From assembly GCF_026210795.1 (NCBI RefSeq), contig NC_089429.1:3348001-3412000 (forward strand): a stretch of 64,000 nucleotides of DNA, in the 5' to 3' direction. Positions 63,601 to 64,000 of this stretch are shown one piece after another. The notes beneath the pieces were generated by a model. It was given only the letters and a program-made list of their open reading frames with translations, did not search any database and was not told the origin of the DNA. This DNA is from Rhizophagus irregularis (Eukaryota). The position numbers and the translations under genes were made by a program. Numbering within the stretch: the first letter of the stretch is position 1; each line of letters starts with the position of its first letter.

Positions 63601-64000
63601 TGGTTCATTATCGGATGATTCATTTCTATCATCAATATTTGCATCTTCCTCCGTAGTATATTCAGAAGATTCAGAAGATTTATCATCTACTATATCTCCT
63701 AATTCAGCAATTATAACCGGTCGAACATATTTTCTTGATCGTTGTCTACTAGGCAATTCAGCTTCCGATTCTCTCATTCGTGGTTCATCTGATATTGAGG
63801 CACTTTCGTATGGTTCGTTACTAGGCAATTCAGCTTCCAATCTTCGTGGTTCTCTGATATTGAGGCACTTTTAGCTTACTAGGCAATTCAGCTTCATCAG
63901 TTAGATGTACTTCTGTTCTTTCTGAATCATCATCTTCTGAATCTTGGTTAATTTCATGGATAGTTTTCGTACGATGATCTACTAATCGTCCATTACATTC
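60644..64000 (-). pseudogene. Disrupted CACTA/EnSpm-type transposase
   Basis: DIYDG, LNLDWFQPF, LPGPDE, CDIPAARKICGH, DPMHCLFL, FTADQW, TPNLHLSLH, GPLYTFWCFSFERMNG. Contains stops, frameshifts and a MITE insertion. Confidence 0.88.
62819..63062. mobile_element. 244-bp hAT-type MITE
   Basis: TIR TAAGGTTGCTTGYCWAAACC; 8-bp TSD GACGATAC (62811-62818, 63063-63070). Excision restores the transposase frame (EAMYRQPNFE). Confidence 0.9.

Larger units (their letters stand above)
60196..64000 (-). mobile_element. CACTA element, one end only (continues beyond the window)
   Basis: Terminus CACTAGTCGAAAT at 60196, subterminal repeats, then a transposase. Confidence 0.8.

Overview
AT-rich, intron-containing eukaryotic DNA made almost entirely of nested mobile elements. 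The intron style and TE families suggest an arbuscular mycorrhizal fungus (Glomeromycota); this is inference. The main feature is a Polinton/Maverick-like DNA element at 5001-53939 with ~670-bp terminal inverted repeats (TIRs), about 15.3 kb once nested insertions are removed. It encodes a protein-primed family B polymerase, a D5/SF3 helicase, an A32-type packaging ATPase and a chromodomain DDE integrase. I cannot recognise a jelly-roll capsid or an adenain protease in it. Instead, an LTR-retroelement-type Gag capsid and a retropepsin are packed tightly between the integrase and the ATPase, with no RT and no LTRs. Several of its genes share an upstream AATTGAA(G/T)A motif. Two non-LTR retroelements sit in tandem at one 15-17-bp hairpin site inside this element. 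The larger LINE is itself split in its RNase H domain by a 24.5-kb CACTA/EnSpm transposon. The flanks contain tandem micro-exon/intron arrays, a 4.4-kb non-autonomous CACTA, several MITEs and a second, disrupted CACTA transposase. All protein assignments come from motifs recognised by eye; no searches were run.
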